From the NCBI GenBank assembly GCA_963719225.1, contig CAVRAY010000001.1, positions 2,656,001 through 2,720,000 of the forward strand: 64,000 bases of DNA, given 5' to 3'. Numbering within the stretch: the stretch's first letter is position 1; the number at the start of each line of letters is the position of its first letter. Below are positions 20,669-31,264 of the stretch, piece after piece. Made by a program: the position numbers and the translations under genes. The notes below the pieces were generated by a model. It saw only the letters and a list, made by a program, of their open reading frames with translations. It searched no databases and was not told the origin of the DNA. Source of the stretch: Thermoanaerobaculia bacterium. GTDB lineage: Bacteria; Acidobacteriota; Thermoanaerobaculia; UBA5066.

Positions 20669-22177
20669 TCAAGGCTTCCTCCTCCAACGCACGCCCTGGG
20701 GCGTGTCCTCGAGGACGATTCGCTTGCCGAGGAGCTCGTCGCGGATCGCGTCGGCGCCCTTGAAATCCCGGGCCTTCCGGGCCTGCCTTCGGGCCTCGAT
20801 GCGCTCCAGGATCCAGGTCTCGTCAAGGTCGATGGATTCGGAAGAGGATTTCTTGGAAGGTGAAGAGGGGACCGGCGCATCGGGAGCGGAAGCGGCCGAA
20901 CCCACCAGGATGCCGAAAACGTCGCCTGCGACCTCGCTCAAGAGACCTCGTGCGGCCGTCGCATCCGGCGCCGAAAGGTGCCCCGCTTCGAGATCCATGT
21001 TCGTCGCCTTGACGAATGAGAACAGCGCACCCAGGGCGGCGGCGGTGTTCAGATCGTCCTCGAGAGAGGAGAACACCGCGGCGCGCGCCGCCGTCACTCG
21101 CTCCGCGAAGCCCTCTCCCGCTGCCTCCGGCATATTCACCTTCGAAGAAATCTCCTCCTTTTCTCTTCTCCCCTCTCTCTCTCCCAGCCGCATGTCCAGC
21201 GATTCCAGTCGCTCGACCGCGGATGTCGCCGCCTTGAGCCCCTCGAGCGTGAAGTTCAGCTTCATGCGGTAGGGAACCGAGACGAGGAGATAGCGGATGG
21301 CGCGCGGCGAGAAGCCTTTCTCGAGGAGGTCGGGAAGCGTGTAGAAGTTCCCCTTGCTCTTCGACATCTTCTCGCCGTCCACGAGGAGGTGCTCGGCGTG
21401 GAGCCAGAGGTTGACGAACGTCTTCCCGGTCGCGCCTTCGCTCTGCGCGATCTCGTTCTCGTGGTGCGGAAAGATGTTGTCGACGGCGCCCGTGTGGATG
21501 TCGAAGGTCTCGCCGAGATACTTCATCGACATCGCGCTGCACTCGAGGTGCCAGCCGGGCCTCCCGCGGCCGAGCTCGGTCGTCCACGACGCGGACTCGG
21601 GCTCGCCTTCCTTCGCCGCTTTCCACACCGCGAAATCGCGGACGTCCTCCTTCTCGTACTCGTCGTCGGCGACGCGCGCTCCGCGTTTCACGGCCGAAAG
21701 GTCGATCTTCGAGAGCCTTCCGTAGGCCGGAAACGTCGCGATCCGGAACCAGAACGAGCCGTCGCTTTCGTACGTGTGTCCGCGGTCGGCGAGCTTCCGC
21801 ACGAGCGCGACCATCTCGGAGATGTGATCCGTGGCGCGAGGATAGAGCGCGGCCGGGACGACGCCGAGCGTGCCGAGGTCCTCGAAGAACGTCGCGATGT
21901 GCCCCGCCGTGAACTCGCGGAGCGGCAGCCCCGACTCCACGGCGCCACGGATCGTCTTGTCGTCGATGTCCGTGAGATTCATGATCTGGGTCGTCTCGAA
22001 AGAGAGAGCGCGGAACACGCGGCACATCACGTCCTCCCAGACGAACGTCCTGAGGTTGCCGATGTGCACGCGGTTGTAGACCGTCGGGCCGCAGGTGTAG
22101 AGCCCGACCTTCCCCTCTCGGACGGGTCTGAACTCCTCGACCGTGCGGGTCAGAGTGTTGAAGAGGCGCAGCGTCAC
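20669..22177 (-). CDS. cysS: Cysteinyl-tRNA synthetase
   Basis: YTCGPTVY, HIGN, TDIDDK, GRPGWHLECS, FPHHENE, KMSKS; GTG start 22177. Confidence 0.97.
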   Translation of the reverse strand: MTLRLFNTLTRTVEEFRPVREGKVGLYTCGPTVYNRVHIGNLRTFVWEDVMCRVFRALSFETTQIMNLTDIDDKTIRGAVESGLPLREFTAGHIATFFEDLGTLGVVPAALYPRATDHISEMVALVRKLADRGHTYESDGSFWFRIATFPAYGRLSKIDLSAVKRGARVADDEYEKEDVRDFAVWKAAKEGEPESASWTTELGRGRPGWHLECSAMSMKYLGETFDIHTGAVDNIFPHHENEIAQSEGATGKTFVNLWLHAEHLLVDGEKMSKSKGNFYTLPDLLEKGFSPRAIRYLLVSVPYRMKLNFTLEGLKAATSAVERLESLDMRLGEREGRREKEEISSKVNMPEAAGEGFAERVTAARAAVFSSLEDDLNTAAALGALFSFVKATNMDLEAGHLSAPDATAARGLLSEVAGDVFGILVGSAASAPDAPVPSSPSKKSSSESIDLDETWILERIEARRQARKARDFKGADAIRDELLGKRIVLEDTPQGVRWRRKP

Positions 22178-22298
22178 GTTGGGCGATTCTCGACGACCGC
22201 CCGGGATTTCGCCAGCGGACCGCCGCGGCTGCGGTTGGCACGTGTCTCGCGTGGCGGCCGCAGACCGGCCATCTTGACTCCACGTACGGAGGGATCCC

Positions 22299-23204
22299 TT
22301 GAAGAGAATCCGAGCAGCATCAGCCGCCCTTCTCCTCTTCCTGTCGACCGACCTGTCGGCAGCGGAACTCGTCCGCATGGTGCGGTACAAGCTGTCCGCC
22401 GGGGACCTCGCGAGCGGTGAGGCCGCCGCCGAGGAATACAAGCGAACGACCGGTGTGGACGCGGAGTATCTCGACGCCGTCGGCTGGCTCGCGCGCGGCG
22501 CCCAGATGCTCGGCCGGCGTGAAAAGGCGTCCGCGTATGCCGCCGAGGTCAGGAAGGCGATCCCCGCCGAGGATCACGCGCTCCTCGTGCCGCTGGGGGC
22601 CGCCATCGAGGTCGAGGGAAGGATTCTGCTCGCGGCGGAGGGCCGCGGCGCGGCGCTTCGTTTCTGGGAATCGGAGCTCGCGCGCGCCAAGGACCCTTCG
22701 CTCCGTTCGCGCATCCGGAAGAACATGAACCTCGTGAGCCTCGAAGGGCAGAAAGCTCCCGAGCTCGGCGGAACGGGATCGCGCCTCGCGAGCTTTGCCG
22801 GCAAGCCCGTCGTCCTTTTCTTCTGGATGGCGGGCTGCGGTGATTGCAAGGCGGAAGCGCCAAAGGTCGCGCGGCTCGCCGCGAAATACGGCTCGAAGGC
22901 GGTCTTCCTCGCGCCGACACGCCTTTACGGCAACGCCGGCGATGTCAAGGACCCCACCCCGGAGGTGGAGTCGGCCAACATCGAAAAGGTCTGGGCGGAG
23001 ACGTATCCCGGGCTCGCATCCGTTCCACGAACCATCGACACGGAGACGATGGTGCGCTACGGCGTCTCGGCGACTCCGACGTACGTCCTCGTCGACAGAA
23101 AGGGCGTGGTCCGCCTCTATGCGCCGACGCGTCTGACGGAGGCCGACCTCTCGGCCCGGATCGAGTCCTTGCTCGGGGAGTCCGTCCCCGCGAAAACCCC
23201 GTGA
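22299..23204 (+). CDS. Secreted TlpA/thioredoxin-fold protein
   Basis: Signal peptide; GKPVVLFFW..GCGDC; ATPTYVLVDRKG. Confidence 0.8.
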   Translation: MKRIRAASAALLLFLSTDLSAAELVRMVRYKLSAGDLASGEAAAEEYKRTTGVDAEYLDAVGWLARGAQMLGRREKASAYAAEVRKAIPAEDHALLVPLGAAIEVEGRILLAAEGRGAALRFWESELARAKDPSLRSRIRKNMNLVSLEGQKAPELGGTGSRLASFAGKPVVLFFWMAGCGDCKAEAPKVARLAAKYGSKAVFLAPTRLYGNAGDVKDPTPEVESANIEKVWAETYPGLASVPRTIDTETMVRYGVSATPTYVLVDRKGVVRLYAPTRLTEADLSARIESLLGESVPAKTP

Positions 23205-23226
23205 CGCCTGTGCGCTATCCTCGAAG

Positions 23227-24141
23227 GTGATGTTTCGATCGCCCGCCGCGCCTCCGCTGCTCCTCCTCGTGGACGACGACCCGTATCAGGCCGAAGTGGC
23301 GTCGTACATCGCCTACGAGCTGGGCTGCGATTTCGAGAGCGCTCTCTCGGGCACGGAGGCCCTCGAGAAGGTGGACGCGCGGAAGCCCGATGTCGTCCTG
23401 CTCGACGTGCGGATGCCCGACCTGTCCGGCTACGAGGTGTGCCGGCGCATCAAGACCGTCGGCGCGACTGCGGGAACGCAGGTGATCTTCGTGACCGCGC
23501 GCACCGAGGAGGAAGACCTCCTGCAGGGCTTCGAGGCGCTCGCGAACGACTACGTCACGAAGCCTTTTTCGGCGCGCGAGCTCAAGGCGCGCGTGAAGAA
23601 CGCGCTGCGCATCAAGGAGCTCCTCGACACGCTCACGGCGCGTACCCAGATCCTCGAGCTGCAGCAGGACATCTCGGCGAAGATCGAGGAGGAGGACGTC
23701 ACCACCGAGGACTTCCGGAGCCGGCTCCTCGTTCCCATCCTGGACCGGATCTCGTCCGTCTTCGGCGCCGACGGCGTGACGCTCCACGTGCGCCGCTCAG
23801 GAGGCGTCGAGCTCAGCGCGGCGGCATCCACCAACTGGCCGGGCGGAAATCCTCCGGAGTTCGTCGCGACCCTCGGCCTCGAGGAGGATCCGCGCACGGG
23901 ACGCGCCCCGCGGCTTCCGGGCGAGACGCGCGACGGCGCCATGGATTGGACGATCACGTCCGCTCCCGTGTTCTCCGGCCGCGAGCTCCTCGGGACCCTC
24001 CGCCTCTATCGCCGCGGGCCCCTTTCACCGCCGGGCCAGTCGCCTGAGCTCGAGCATCTCATTGCGTTCGCGGCCCACCTCGGCCGGATGCTTCACCGTC
24101 TCCAGCTCGTCGACGAGCTGCGCGCGAAGGCGGGAGCGTAG
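23227..24141 (+). CDS. Response regulator (receiver + GAF-like region)
   Basis: LLVDDD, LLDVRMP, FVTA, DYVTKPF. Confidence 0.85.
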   Translation: MMFRSPAAPPLLLLVDDDPYQAEVASYIAYELGCDFESALSGTEALEKVDARKPDVVLLDVRMPDLSGYEVCRRIKTVGATAGTQVIFVTARTEEEDLLQGFEALANDYVTKPFSARELKARVKNALRIKELLDTLTARTQILELQQDISAKIEEEDVTTEDFRSRLLVPILDRISSVFGADGVTLHVRRSGGVELSAAASTNWPGGNPPEFVATLGLEEDPRTGRAPRLPGETRDGAMDWTITSAPVFSGRELLGTLRLYRRGPLSPPGQSPELEHLIAFAAHLGRMLHRLQLVDELRAKAGA

Positions 24142-24148
24142 GTTTCGT

Positions 24149-24664
24149 TTACCAGGTCCCCTTCTTCTGCCGCTTGAGGACCTGGCGCAGGAGGAGCCCC
24201 TTCTTCAGCGGGGAGAGCCGGTCGACGTAGAACTTCTGGTCGAGGTGGTCGATCTCGTGGCAGAAAGCCCGGGCGAGAAGATCGCTCCCTTCGAGCGTCC
24301 GCTTGTTGCCGCGCTCGTCGAAGGCCTCCACGGTCACCCGCTCCGGCCGGTCGAGAGTTTCGACGAGGTCGGGAAGGGACAGGCAACCCTCCTCGTCGCG
24401 GATTCGTCCCTGGGTGTCCACGACGAGCGGGTTGACGAGGACGAGCAGCTGCGACGGGTCTTTTCCGACGGAGAGGTCCACGATCGCGACACGCAGGTTG
24501 ACGCCGATCTGCGGCGCGGCGAGGCCGATGCCCGGCGCCGCCCAGCAGGTCTCTTTCATGTCCTGGAGCAGCGCGGCGAGATCCGGGTCGTCGAAAACCT
24601 CGACAATTTCGTTTTTCGCGACGAGTCGCGGATCCCCATACTTGACGATCTCGCGTATGGCCAC
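24149..24664 (-). CDS. def: Peptide deformylase
   Basis: GIGLAAPQ, EGCLS, HEIDHL. Confidence 0.96.
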   Translation of the reverse strand: MAIREIVKYGDPRLVAKNEIVEVFDDPDLAALLQDMKETCWAAPGIGLAAPQIGVNLRVAIVDLSVGKDPSQLLVLVNPLVVDTQGRIRDEEGCLSLPDLVETLDRPERVTVEAFDERGNKRTLEGSDLLARAFCHEIDHLDQKFYVDRLSPLKKGLLLRQVLKRQKKGTW

Positions 24665-24825
24665 ACGGTCTCCGGCAACGATCGGCGCGCTCCACTTTTC
24701 AGGAGAGGGGCGGCGGCGCGCGGAGATTGAAGGGCTTCCGGGGTCCGGTCAAGCGTCCCCGGCGGGGGACGAGAAGCCCGGCCGCCCGTGGTATGGAGGT
24801 CGCATAGGATTGTGTGAGGAACGTC

Positions 24826-26814
24826 ATGAATCCCCGCAGGCTGCCCGCGTCCGCATTCGCCGCCGCCCTCCTTCTCGCCACGGCGGGCGCGCCCGGCCGC
24901 GCGGAAGCCCAGCGAGAGGGATACACGTACCTCTCGTACGCGCAGGCCGACGTTCTCCTCGTCTCGAGCGCGGAGAGCGACGTCTCGGCCCTTGTCAACA
25001 TGCCGGTTCTCGCGGGCGACAGCCTGGTCACGGGAGTCGGGTCGCGCGCGGAGGCCGTGCTCGCCGACGGCAACGTCGTCCGCGTGGACGGGGTCACCGA
25101 GCTTCGCTTCGAGAAGATGGCGCGCACCTACGACGCGGACGACGACCAGGACCTTCTCTTTCTCGCGCGTGGAACGGCGGCCGTCGAGGTCCGCGACGTC
25201 GCGACGCGCGAACACGCGCTGCGACTGGACACGGACGACGCCACGGTTCTCTCCGCGTCCCGCGCCCTCTTTCGGGTAGACGCCGCGCGGCGCGGCACCG
25301 AGGTCTACGTCCTCTCGGGCAAGGTCGAGGTCCAGGGCCGCGTCGATCGAGCGCTCGTGCGCGCGGGCGAATACGCGTTCGTGAGCGGAGACAAAGAGAT
25401 CGAGGTCGAGGTGTCCGCGTCCCCTCGCGACCGGTTTGCGCGCTTCATCGAGGAGCGCCGGGACCGGACCGACCGCCGCGAGTCGACGCGCTACGTCTCG
25501 TCGGACTTCGCGTACGACTACGACACGGCCTCCTTCGAGGATTACGGAAGCTGGGTGTACGTCGCCACGTACGGTGCGTACTGCTGGCGGCCGCGCGTGC
25601 CGCCCGGCTGGACGCCCTACGCGCTCGGTTACTGGCGGTGGACGCCCGCCGGCATGACCTGGGTCTCCTCCGAGCCGTGGGGATGGCTTCCCTATCACTA
25701 TGGAACCTGGGTCTACGACGCCCTGCTCGGCTGGCTCTGGGTCCCCGGCGACGAGTACTCCCCCGCCTGGGTCTACTGGAGCTACACGTCCGACTGGGTG
25801 GGCTGGTGTCCGATCGGGTATTACTCGACGTACTACCGACATTCGCGCCGGGTCGGCGGCGGTCCGACTCCCCACGCCCGCACGGTCGTCGGCGGTCCGG
25901 TTCCCCACATCTACCCGCATCTTCGCGGACAGGTCGCGGTCGGGCAGATCGACCCGAAGGGATGGCACTACGCGCCGGCCCGGCGACTCGGGGTCCGACT
26001 CGATCCGGCTCGCGACATCGTTCGAGGAGACCGTGTGCCTTTCCGGCCGGGCGAGATCGGTATGATCGCGACGGCTCCGCTTCGCTTCGAGCGCGGCGGC
26101 AGCGTGTCCGCGTCGATCCAGGAAGCAATCCGCCGTGTCCCGGGCACGGAGAGCGGCAAGACGCCGGCCTCCGTGAACGACGGTCTCACGGCCGTCCTGC
26201 GGCGCGACCGCACGCTTTCGCCCGCCGCCCAGGACGATCTTCGCCGTGCCGTCGTAAGCGCCGGGCATGATCCCGCATACCGCCAGGCACCTCTCGAAAC
26301 CCCGCGCGGTGCGGACAAAGGCTCGTCCGCCGACTCCTGGCGCCGGGGATTGGACCGGAGCCCCTCGCGCGGCGCACCCGGTGAAAGTCCGGTCCGATCG
26401 GGACAGGCTTCCTCCCCTTCGCCCGAGCGGGGCATTTCGCGGCGTCGCGGAGAAGAGGGCTGGCGTTCTCCCTCCTCGGCGCCTCCCGCTCCGATCCAGC
26501 GCCGCGCCGAACCGCCGGCGCGCCACGACGATTCGGGCTGGCGAGCGCCGCAACCCCGCGTCATCGAACGGGATCGCGCTCACGACTCGCCGTCGCCGCG
26601 CGAGGCGCCGATGCGCGAGGCCCCCAGGGCCGCGCCGCAGTCCGCCCCTCCGTCCGCGCCCCATTCGGCTCCCGCGGCTCAACCGGCTCCGCCACCTCCC
26701 TCCCAGTCGGCTCCCGCGCCCCCGGCGCAATCGGCTCCCGCGCCCTCGCGGCGCGATGGGGCGATCCGAACGTTCGACCGGGCCGTTCCGGAAGAGCAGC
26801 TCCGCGTGGCCTGA
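24826..26814 (+). CDS. Secreted FecR-like / Trp-Tyr-repeat (DUF6600-like) protein with Pro-rich tail
   Basis: Signal peptide; FecR-like N domain; W.PY..G.W, EPWGWLPYHYG.W, PAWV.W; QSAPAP repeats at the C-terminus. Confidence 0.75.
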   Translation: MNPRRLPASAFAAALLLATAGAPGRAEAQREGYTYLSYAQADVLLVSSAESDVSALVNMPVLAGDSLVTGVGSRAEAVLADGNVVRVDGVTELRFEKMARTYDADDDQDLLFLARGTAAVEVRDVATREHALRLDTDDATVLSASRALFRVDAARRGTEVYVLSGKVEVQGRVDRALVRAGEYAFVSGDKEIEVEVSASPRDRFARFIEERRDRTDRRESTRYVSSDFAYDYDTASFEDYGSWVYVATYGAYCWRPRVPPGWTPYALGYWRWTPAGMTWVSSEPWGWLPYHYGTWVYDALLGWLWVPGDEYSPAWVYWSYTSDWVGWCPIGYYSTYYRHSRRVGGGPTPHARTVVGGPVPHIYPHLRGQVAVGQIDPKGWHYAPARRLGVRLDPARDIVRGDRVPFRPGEIGMIATAPLRFERGGSVSASIQEAIRRVPGTESGKTPASVNDGLTAVLRRDRTLSPAAQDDLRRAVVSAGHDPAYRQAPLETPRGADKGSSADSWRRGLDRSPSRGAPGESPVRSGQASSPSPERGISRRRGEEGWRSPSSAPPAPIQRRAEPPARHDDSGWRAPQPRVIERDRAHDSPSPREAPMREAPRAAPQSAPPSAPHSAPAAQPAPPPPSQSAPAPPAQSAPAPSRRDGAIRTFDRAVPEEQLRVA

Positions 26815-26848
26815 GCCGCCGCCGGAACGCTCCCTCTACAATCAAGGC

Positions 26849-27136
26849 GTGGCGCGGCCTCGCAGCGGCAATCGTTTCCTTCGGGCTCTGTTCGTGATCT
26901 ATGCGCTCGAGGCAGGAGCGTTCCTGACGCTGGCTCCATGGGGACGGTACTGGACGGTGCGCGTCGTCGAGCGGTCTCCAGGGCGCACGCGCCCCTTCCT
27001 CGCCTCCTCGTACTTCCGCAGCTTCCTGCTCGGTCTCGGCCTGCTGCACCTTTGGGCGGCGGCCACCGAAATCGAGGCGTGGAGACGGGAGCCGCGGGAC
27101 GATGCCCCTCCCGACGCCCCGCGGGAGACCGCGTGA
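26849..27136 (+). CDS. Small membrane protein
   Basis: GTG start with TACAAT 6 nt upstream; two hydrophobic segments; stop overlaps the acpS start. Confidence 0.6.
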   Translation: MARPRSGNRFLRALFVIYALEAGAFLTLAPWGRYWTVRVVERSPGRTRPFLASSYFRSFLLGLGLLHLWAAATEIEAWRREPRDDAPPDAPRETA

Positions 27137-27561
27137 GCCTCCGCGTCACGGCCGGCGAGGGCCTGCCCCCGGGCTCTCTCGTCGTCGGTGTCGGGCTCGA
27201 TCTGTGCGAGGTCTCGCGCGTGGCGCGTGCCCTCGAACGGCACGGTACGCGGTTCGTCGAAAAGCTGTTCCGGCCCGGTGAGGTGCGCCGCTCCCCGGAG
27301 TCACCCGTCTATGCCGAGCACCTCGCGGGCCTCTTCGCGGCCAAGGAAGCGGCGATGAAGGCGCTCGGCACCGGGATGCGCGGGGTCTTCTTTCGAGAGC
27401 TGGCGATCGTCCGGGCGTCGGGAGGTCCGCCCCGCCTCGCGCTCTTCGGACGGGCGATTTCCTGCGGCGAGCGGCTCGGGGTGGCGGGTGCGCACGTGAC
27501 GATCACCCACACGCGGGAGCTCGCCGCCGCCGTCGTCGTGCTCACGGGCGCCCCGCACTAG
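27133..27561 (+). CDS. acpS: Holo-ACP synthase
   Basis: GVGLDL, FAAKEA..KALGTG, TITH. Confidence 0.92.
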   Translation: MSLRVTAGEGLPPGSLVVGVGLDLCEVSRVARALERHGTRFVEKLFRPGEVRRSPESPVYAEHLAGLFAAKEAAMKALGTGMRGVFFRELAIVRASGGPPRLALFGRAISCGERLGVAGAHVTITHTRELAAAVVVLTGAPH

Positions 27562-27573
27562 AATGGCGAACCG

Positions 27574-27966
27574 GTGAGCAGCCTTCCGCCGGGCCTCGCG
27601 GGCCGCAAGATCCTCGTCGTCGACGACGAGCCGACGATCCTGAAGATTCTTTCGTTCAAGCTGCGACTCACGGGCCTTCAGCCGATCGAGGCCACGGGCG
27701 GCGAGGAGGCCCTGCGCCTCGTGAGGGAGGAGGCGCCGGACCTCGTCCTTCTCGACGTCTCTCTCACTCCGGGCCTCACGGGCTTCGACGTCTGCCGGAT
27801 CCTCAAGGAGAATCCGGCGACGTCCCACACGCCGATCGTCATGCTCACGGCGCGGACTCTTCCGTCCGAGCGCGACCTCGGCCTGCGGCTCGGGGCGTCG
27901 AGCTACATCACGAAGCCCTTCTCGACGAAGGTCCTCATCCAGGAGATCGAGAAAGCGCTGAGTTAG
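27574..27966 (+). CDS. Single-domain response regulator
   Basis: ILVVDDE, LLD, MLTA, YITKPF. Confidence 0.88.
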   Translation: MSSLPPGLAGRKILVVDDEPTILKILSFKLRLTGLQPIEATGGEEALRLVREEAPDLVLLDVSLTPGLTGFDVCRILKENPATSHTPIVMLTARTLPSERDLGLRLGASSYITKPFSTKVLIQEIEKALS

Positions 27967-28610
27967 CCGCCCCCGACTTTTCTCGGAGTGCCGCCGTGGG
28001 TGCCGCCGCCCTTCGGGCCGGAGCCCTTGGGGCCTTTCGGCGCCGTGTAGCCTTTCTTCTTCTCGGTGGGAGGGACCGGCTTCTTCTCTTTTTCGGCTTC
28101 GCCCTCGGCCGCTTCGGCCTTCTTCTCGGCCTTCTCGCCCTTGTCCTCGCCGCCCTTCCCAGAGACGAGCTTCTTCGCCTTCTCGAGGAGCGATTGCTTC
28201 TTCTCCTCGGCGGCCTTCGCCGCGACCTTCTTCTCGGCCTGCCGGTGCGCCCAGTCGAAGTCGATGAACTCGAGGATCGCCATCTCGGCGCCGTCGCCCG
28301 GACGCCGTCCGAGCTTCAGGATGCGCGTGTAACCGCCCGCACGCGACTGGAAGCGCGGCGCGATCTCCTCGAAGAGCTTCTTGACGGTCGGAGCTTCCGG
28401 GATCGTCTTCAGGACGAGACGGCGCGCGTGGAGTCCCCCGCGCTTCCCGAGGGTGACCATCTTCTCGATGAGCGGCCGGAGGTCCTTCGCCTTCGGCAGC
28501 GTCGTCTGGATGCGCTCGTGGGTGATGAGGGACGAAAGCTGGTTCCGGAACAACGACTTTCGATGCGCCGTCGTCCGGCCGAGCTTTCGGCCCGCGCGAT
28601 TGTGCTGCAT
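27963..28610 (-). CDS. rplQ: 50S ribosomal protein L17 with Lys/Glu-rich C-terminal extension
   Basis: RKLGRT.AHR, ITTTL-like [16 protein letters not shown]. Confidence 0.96.
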   Translation of the reverse strand: MQHNRAGRKLGRTTAHRKSLFRNQLSSLITHERIQTTLPKAKDLRPLIEKMVTLGKRGGLHARRLVLKTIPEAPTVKKLFEEIAPRFQSRAGGYTRILKLGRRPGDGAEMAILEFIDFDWAHRQAEKKVAAKAAEEKKQSLLEKAKKLVSGKGGEDKGEKAEKKAEAAEGEAEKEKKPVPPTEKKKGYTAPKGPKGSGPKGGGTHGGTPRKVGGG

Positions 28611-28617
28611 GGAACCC

Positions 28618-29589
28618 TCAGCGCCCCGCGCTGGCCGGGGACTCGAGCTTCATGCCGAAGGCGAGGCCCTTGTCGCGCAGGATGTCCTTGATCTCGTTCA
28701 GGCTCTTGCGCCCGAAGTTCTTGGTCTCGAGCATGTCCTTCTCGGTCTTCTGGACGAGCTCGCGAAGAGTGCGGATGCCGGCGTTCTTCAGGCAGTTCGC
28801 GCTGCGGACGGACAGCTCGAGCTCCTCGACGTTCGTGTCGAGAAGCGCGTCGAGCTCGCTCTGAGGCATCTCGGCGCCGGCCGTCGCGGTTGCCTCGTCG
28901 GTCTCCACGTTCACGAAGATCGCGAGGTGCTCGCGCAGGAGGACCGCCGCCACGCCGACGGCGTCACGCGGCGAGATCGTGCCGTTCGTCCAGACCTCGA
29001 TGACGAGCTTGTCGTAGTCGGTCGCCTGGCCGACGCGGGCCGCCTCGACGTGATAGTTCACGCGGCGAACCGGCGAGTGGGCCGAGTCGAGGGGGATCGT
29101 GCCGATCGGCGCCTCGGGATCGAAGTTGCGATCGGCGGGCACGTAGCCGCGCCCCTTGCTGACCGTGGCCTCGAGCCGCAGGCGGCCGCCGTCGGCGAGC
29201 GTCGCGACGGGCGCGTCGGCGTTGAGAATCTCGAGCTGCGCGTCGTCCTCGAACGCGTCGGCGGTCACGGCGCCCTTGGTCTTCACGTCGAGCGTGAGCG
29301 CTCGCGGACCCTCGTCATGCAGACGGATCGCGAGCCCCTTCAGGTTGAGAATGATGTCCGTGACGTCCTCGACGACGCCCGGCACGGCCGTGAACTCGTG
29401 CTCGACGCCCTCGATCTTCACCGCGGTGACCGCGGCGCCTTCGATCGACGAGAGGAGGACCCGCCGGAGCGCGTTCCCGACCGTCGTGCCCCAGCCGCGC
29501 TCGAGCGGCTGAGCCGTGAACCGGCCGTAGTTCCCCTTCTCCTCATCGACCTCGAGACGGTTCGGACGCTGAAAGCCCTTCCACAACAT
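28618..29589 (-). CDS. rpoA: RNA polymerase alpha subunit
   Basis: [32 protein letters not shown]. Confidence 0.98.
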   Translation of the reverse strand: MLWKGFQRPNRLEVDEEKGNYGRFTAQPLERGWGTTVGNALRRVLLSSIEGAAVTAVKIEGVEHEFTAVPGVVEDVTDIILNLKGLAIRLHDEGPRALTLDVKTKGAVTADAFEDDAQLEILNADAPVATLADGGRLRLEATVSKGRGYVPADRNFDPEAPIGTIPLDSAHSPVRRVNYHVEAARVGQATDYDKLVIEVWTNGTISPRDAVGVAAVLLREHLAIFVNVETDEATATAGAEMPQSELDALLDTNVEELELSVRSANCLKNAGIRTLRELVQKTEKDMLETKNFGRKSLNEIKDILRDKGLAFGMKLESPASAGR

Positions 29590-29651
29590 ATGTCACTCCT
29601 GGCCCTGCGACTTATCCGCTGTGCGGCGCGCGCGGGCTCCTTTTCGAACGG

Positions 29652-30278
29652 TTACTTGCTGTAAAGCTCGACGATGAGCTTCTCGTTGACCTGCAAGGCG
29701 ACGTCCTCGCGCTTCGGGAGCGTCACGACCTTGCCCTGGAACTCCGACGCGTTCAGCTCGAGCCACGCGGGAATCCCGCGGCCCTTCGCCGTTTCGACGG
29801 CTCCCGCGATCAGCGGGTTCGTCTTGCTCTTGTCCTTGACGGAGACGACGGCGCCGGCTCCGACGACGTAGCTCGGGATGTTGACCTTCTTCCCGTTCAC
29901 GCGGACGTGCCCGTGGCGAACGAGCTGGCGCGCCTGCGCGCGCGAGCCGGAGAATCCGAGCCGGTGGACGACGTTGTCGAGCCGGCGCTCGAGCAGCGAG
30001 AGCAGGTTCTCGCCCGTGACGCCGCGCATGCGCTCGGCCGCCTCGAACGTCAGCCGGAACTGGCCCTCGAGGACTCCGTAGAACCTCTTCAGCTTCTGCT
30101 TCTCGCGGAGCTGGATGCCGTATCCGAGGATCTTCGACCGGCGCTTGCCGTGCTGGCCGGGCGGGAAATTGCGACGCTCGATGGCGCACTTGTTCGTGAA
30201 GCAGCGGTCCCCTTTGAGGAACAGCTTCATGCCCTCACGCCGGCACAACCGGCAGACGGATTCGCGATAACGAGCCAC
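29652..30278 (-). CDS. rpsD: 30S ribosomal protein S4
   Basis: [29 protein letters not shown]. Confidence 0.98.
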   Translation of the reverse strand: MARYRESVCRLCRREGMKLFLKGDRCFTNKCAIERRNFPPGQHGKRRSKILGYGIQLREKQKLKRFYGVLEGQFRLTFEAAERMRGVTGENLLSLLERRLDNVVHRLGFSGSRAQARQLVRHGHVRVNGKKVNIPSYVVGAGAVVSVKDKSKTNPLIAGAVETAKGRGIPAWLELNASEFQGKVVTLPKREDVALQVNEKLIVELYSK

Positions 30279-30280
30279 GG

Positions 30281-30718
30281 TCAGACCCTCCTGCGCTTAC
30301 GCGGCCGGCAGCCGTTGTGGGGAATGGGCGTCGCGTCCCGGATGGAACGGATGTCGATGCCGGCGGCGGCGAGGGCCCGAATGGCGCTCTCGCGCCCGGC
30401 GCCCGGGCCGTTCACGCGCACGTCCAGCGAGCGCACGCCGTGCTCCTGCGCGATCTGCGCGGCGTTGCCGGCGGCGAGCTGAGCGGCGAAGGGCGTGCCC
30501 TTGCGCGAGCCCTTGAAGCCGATGCGCCCGGCCGACGACCACGCGAGCACGTTGCCCTGCTGATCGGTGATCGAGACGATCGTGTTGTTGAAGGACGCCT
30601 GCACCGTCGCGAGCGCGTGCGGGATGTTCTTCTTGTCCTTCTTGGGGCCTTTTTTCTTGCCCTTGCCGGCAGCGGGCTTGGCGGGCGTCGCTCCGGTCGG
30701 TTCTGTCGGGTTTGCCAT
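30281..30718 (-). CDS. rpsK: 30S ribosomal protein S11
   Basis: [25 protein letters not shown]. Confidence 0.98.
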   Translation of the reverse strand: MANPTEPTGATPAKPAAGKGKKKGPKKDKKNIPHALATVQASFNNTIVSITDQQGNVLAWSSAGRIGFKGSRKGTPFAAQLAAGNAAQIAQEHGVRSLDVRVNGPGAGRESAIRALAAAGIDIRSIRDATPIPHNGCRPRKRRRV

Positions 30719-30740
30719 GTCTTATTTCCTCTTGGTGCCC

Positions 30741-31124
30741 TTACTTCTTCGTGGCTTTCTTCTTCCCGGCCACGGCGCCCTTGCGGGGACCCTTCCGCGT
30801 GCGGGCGTTCGTGTGGGTGCGCTGTCCGCGGACGGGCAGGTTCCGGCGGTGTCTCACGCCGCGATAGCAGCCGATCTCCATGAGACGCTTGATGTTCTGG
30901 GAGGTCTCCTTGCGGAGATCGCCCTCGACCTCGTAATCGTCCTGGATCGTCTTGCGGATCCGGGACACCTCGTCCTCGGAGAGATCCTTGACGCGCGTGT
31001 TCCGGTCGACCTTCGCGGTCTCGAGGATCTTGCCGGAGCTCGGGCGCCCGATCCCGAAGATGTAGGTCAGGCCGATTTCGACGCGCTTGTTCGGGGGAAG
31101 GTCGACGCCTGCGATACGTGCCAT
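30741..31124 (-). CDS. rpsM: 30S ribosomal protein S13
   Basis: [23 protein letters not shown]. Confidence 0.98.
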   Translation of the reverse strand: MARIAGVDLPPNKRVEIGLTYIFGIGRPSSGKILETAKVDRNTRVKDLSEDEVSRIRKTIQDDYEVEGDLRKETSQNIKRLMEIGCYRGVRHRRNLPVRGQRTHTNARTRKGPRKGAVAGKKKATKK

Positions 31125-31137
31125 TCTCGGATTCCTC

Positions 31138-31251
31138 TCAGCCCTGACGCTGTTTGTGCTTGACGTTCTCGCAGATGACCCGCACCACGCCGGCGCGGCG
31201 GATCACCTTGCACTTGCTGCAGATCTTCTTGACGGACGTGCGGACTTTCAT
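31138..31251 (-). CDS. rpmJ: 50S ribosomal protein L36 (missed by the ORF track)
   Basis: [37 protein letters not shown]. Confidence 0.96.
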   Translation of the reverse strand: MKVRTSVKKICSKCKVIRRAGVVRVICENVKHKQRQG

Positions 31252-31264
31252 GCGGGACCTCGAT

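Noticed and set aside
26620-26750. Short QSAPAP-type repeats
   Set aside because: Ordinary Pro-rich disordered tail of a secreted protein.
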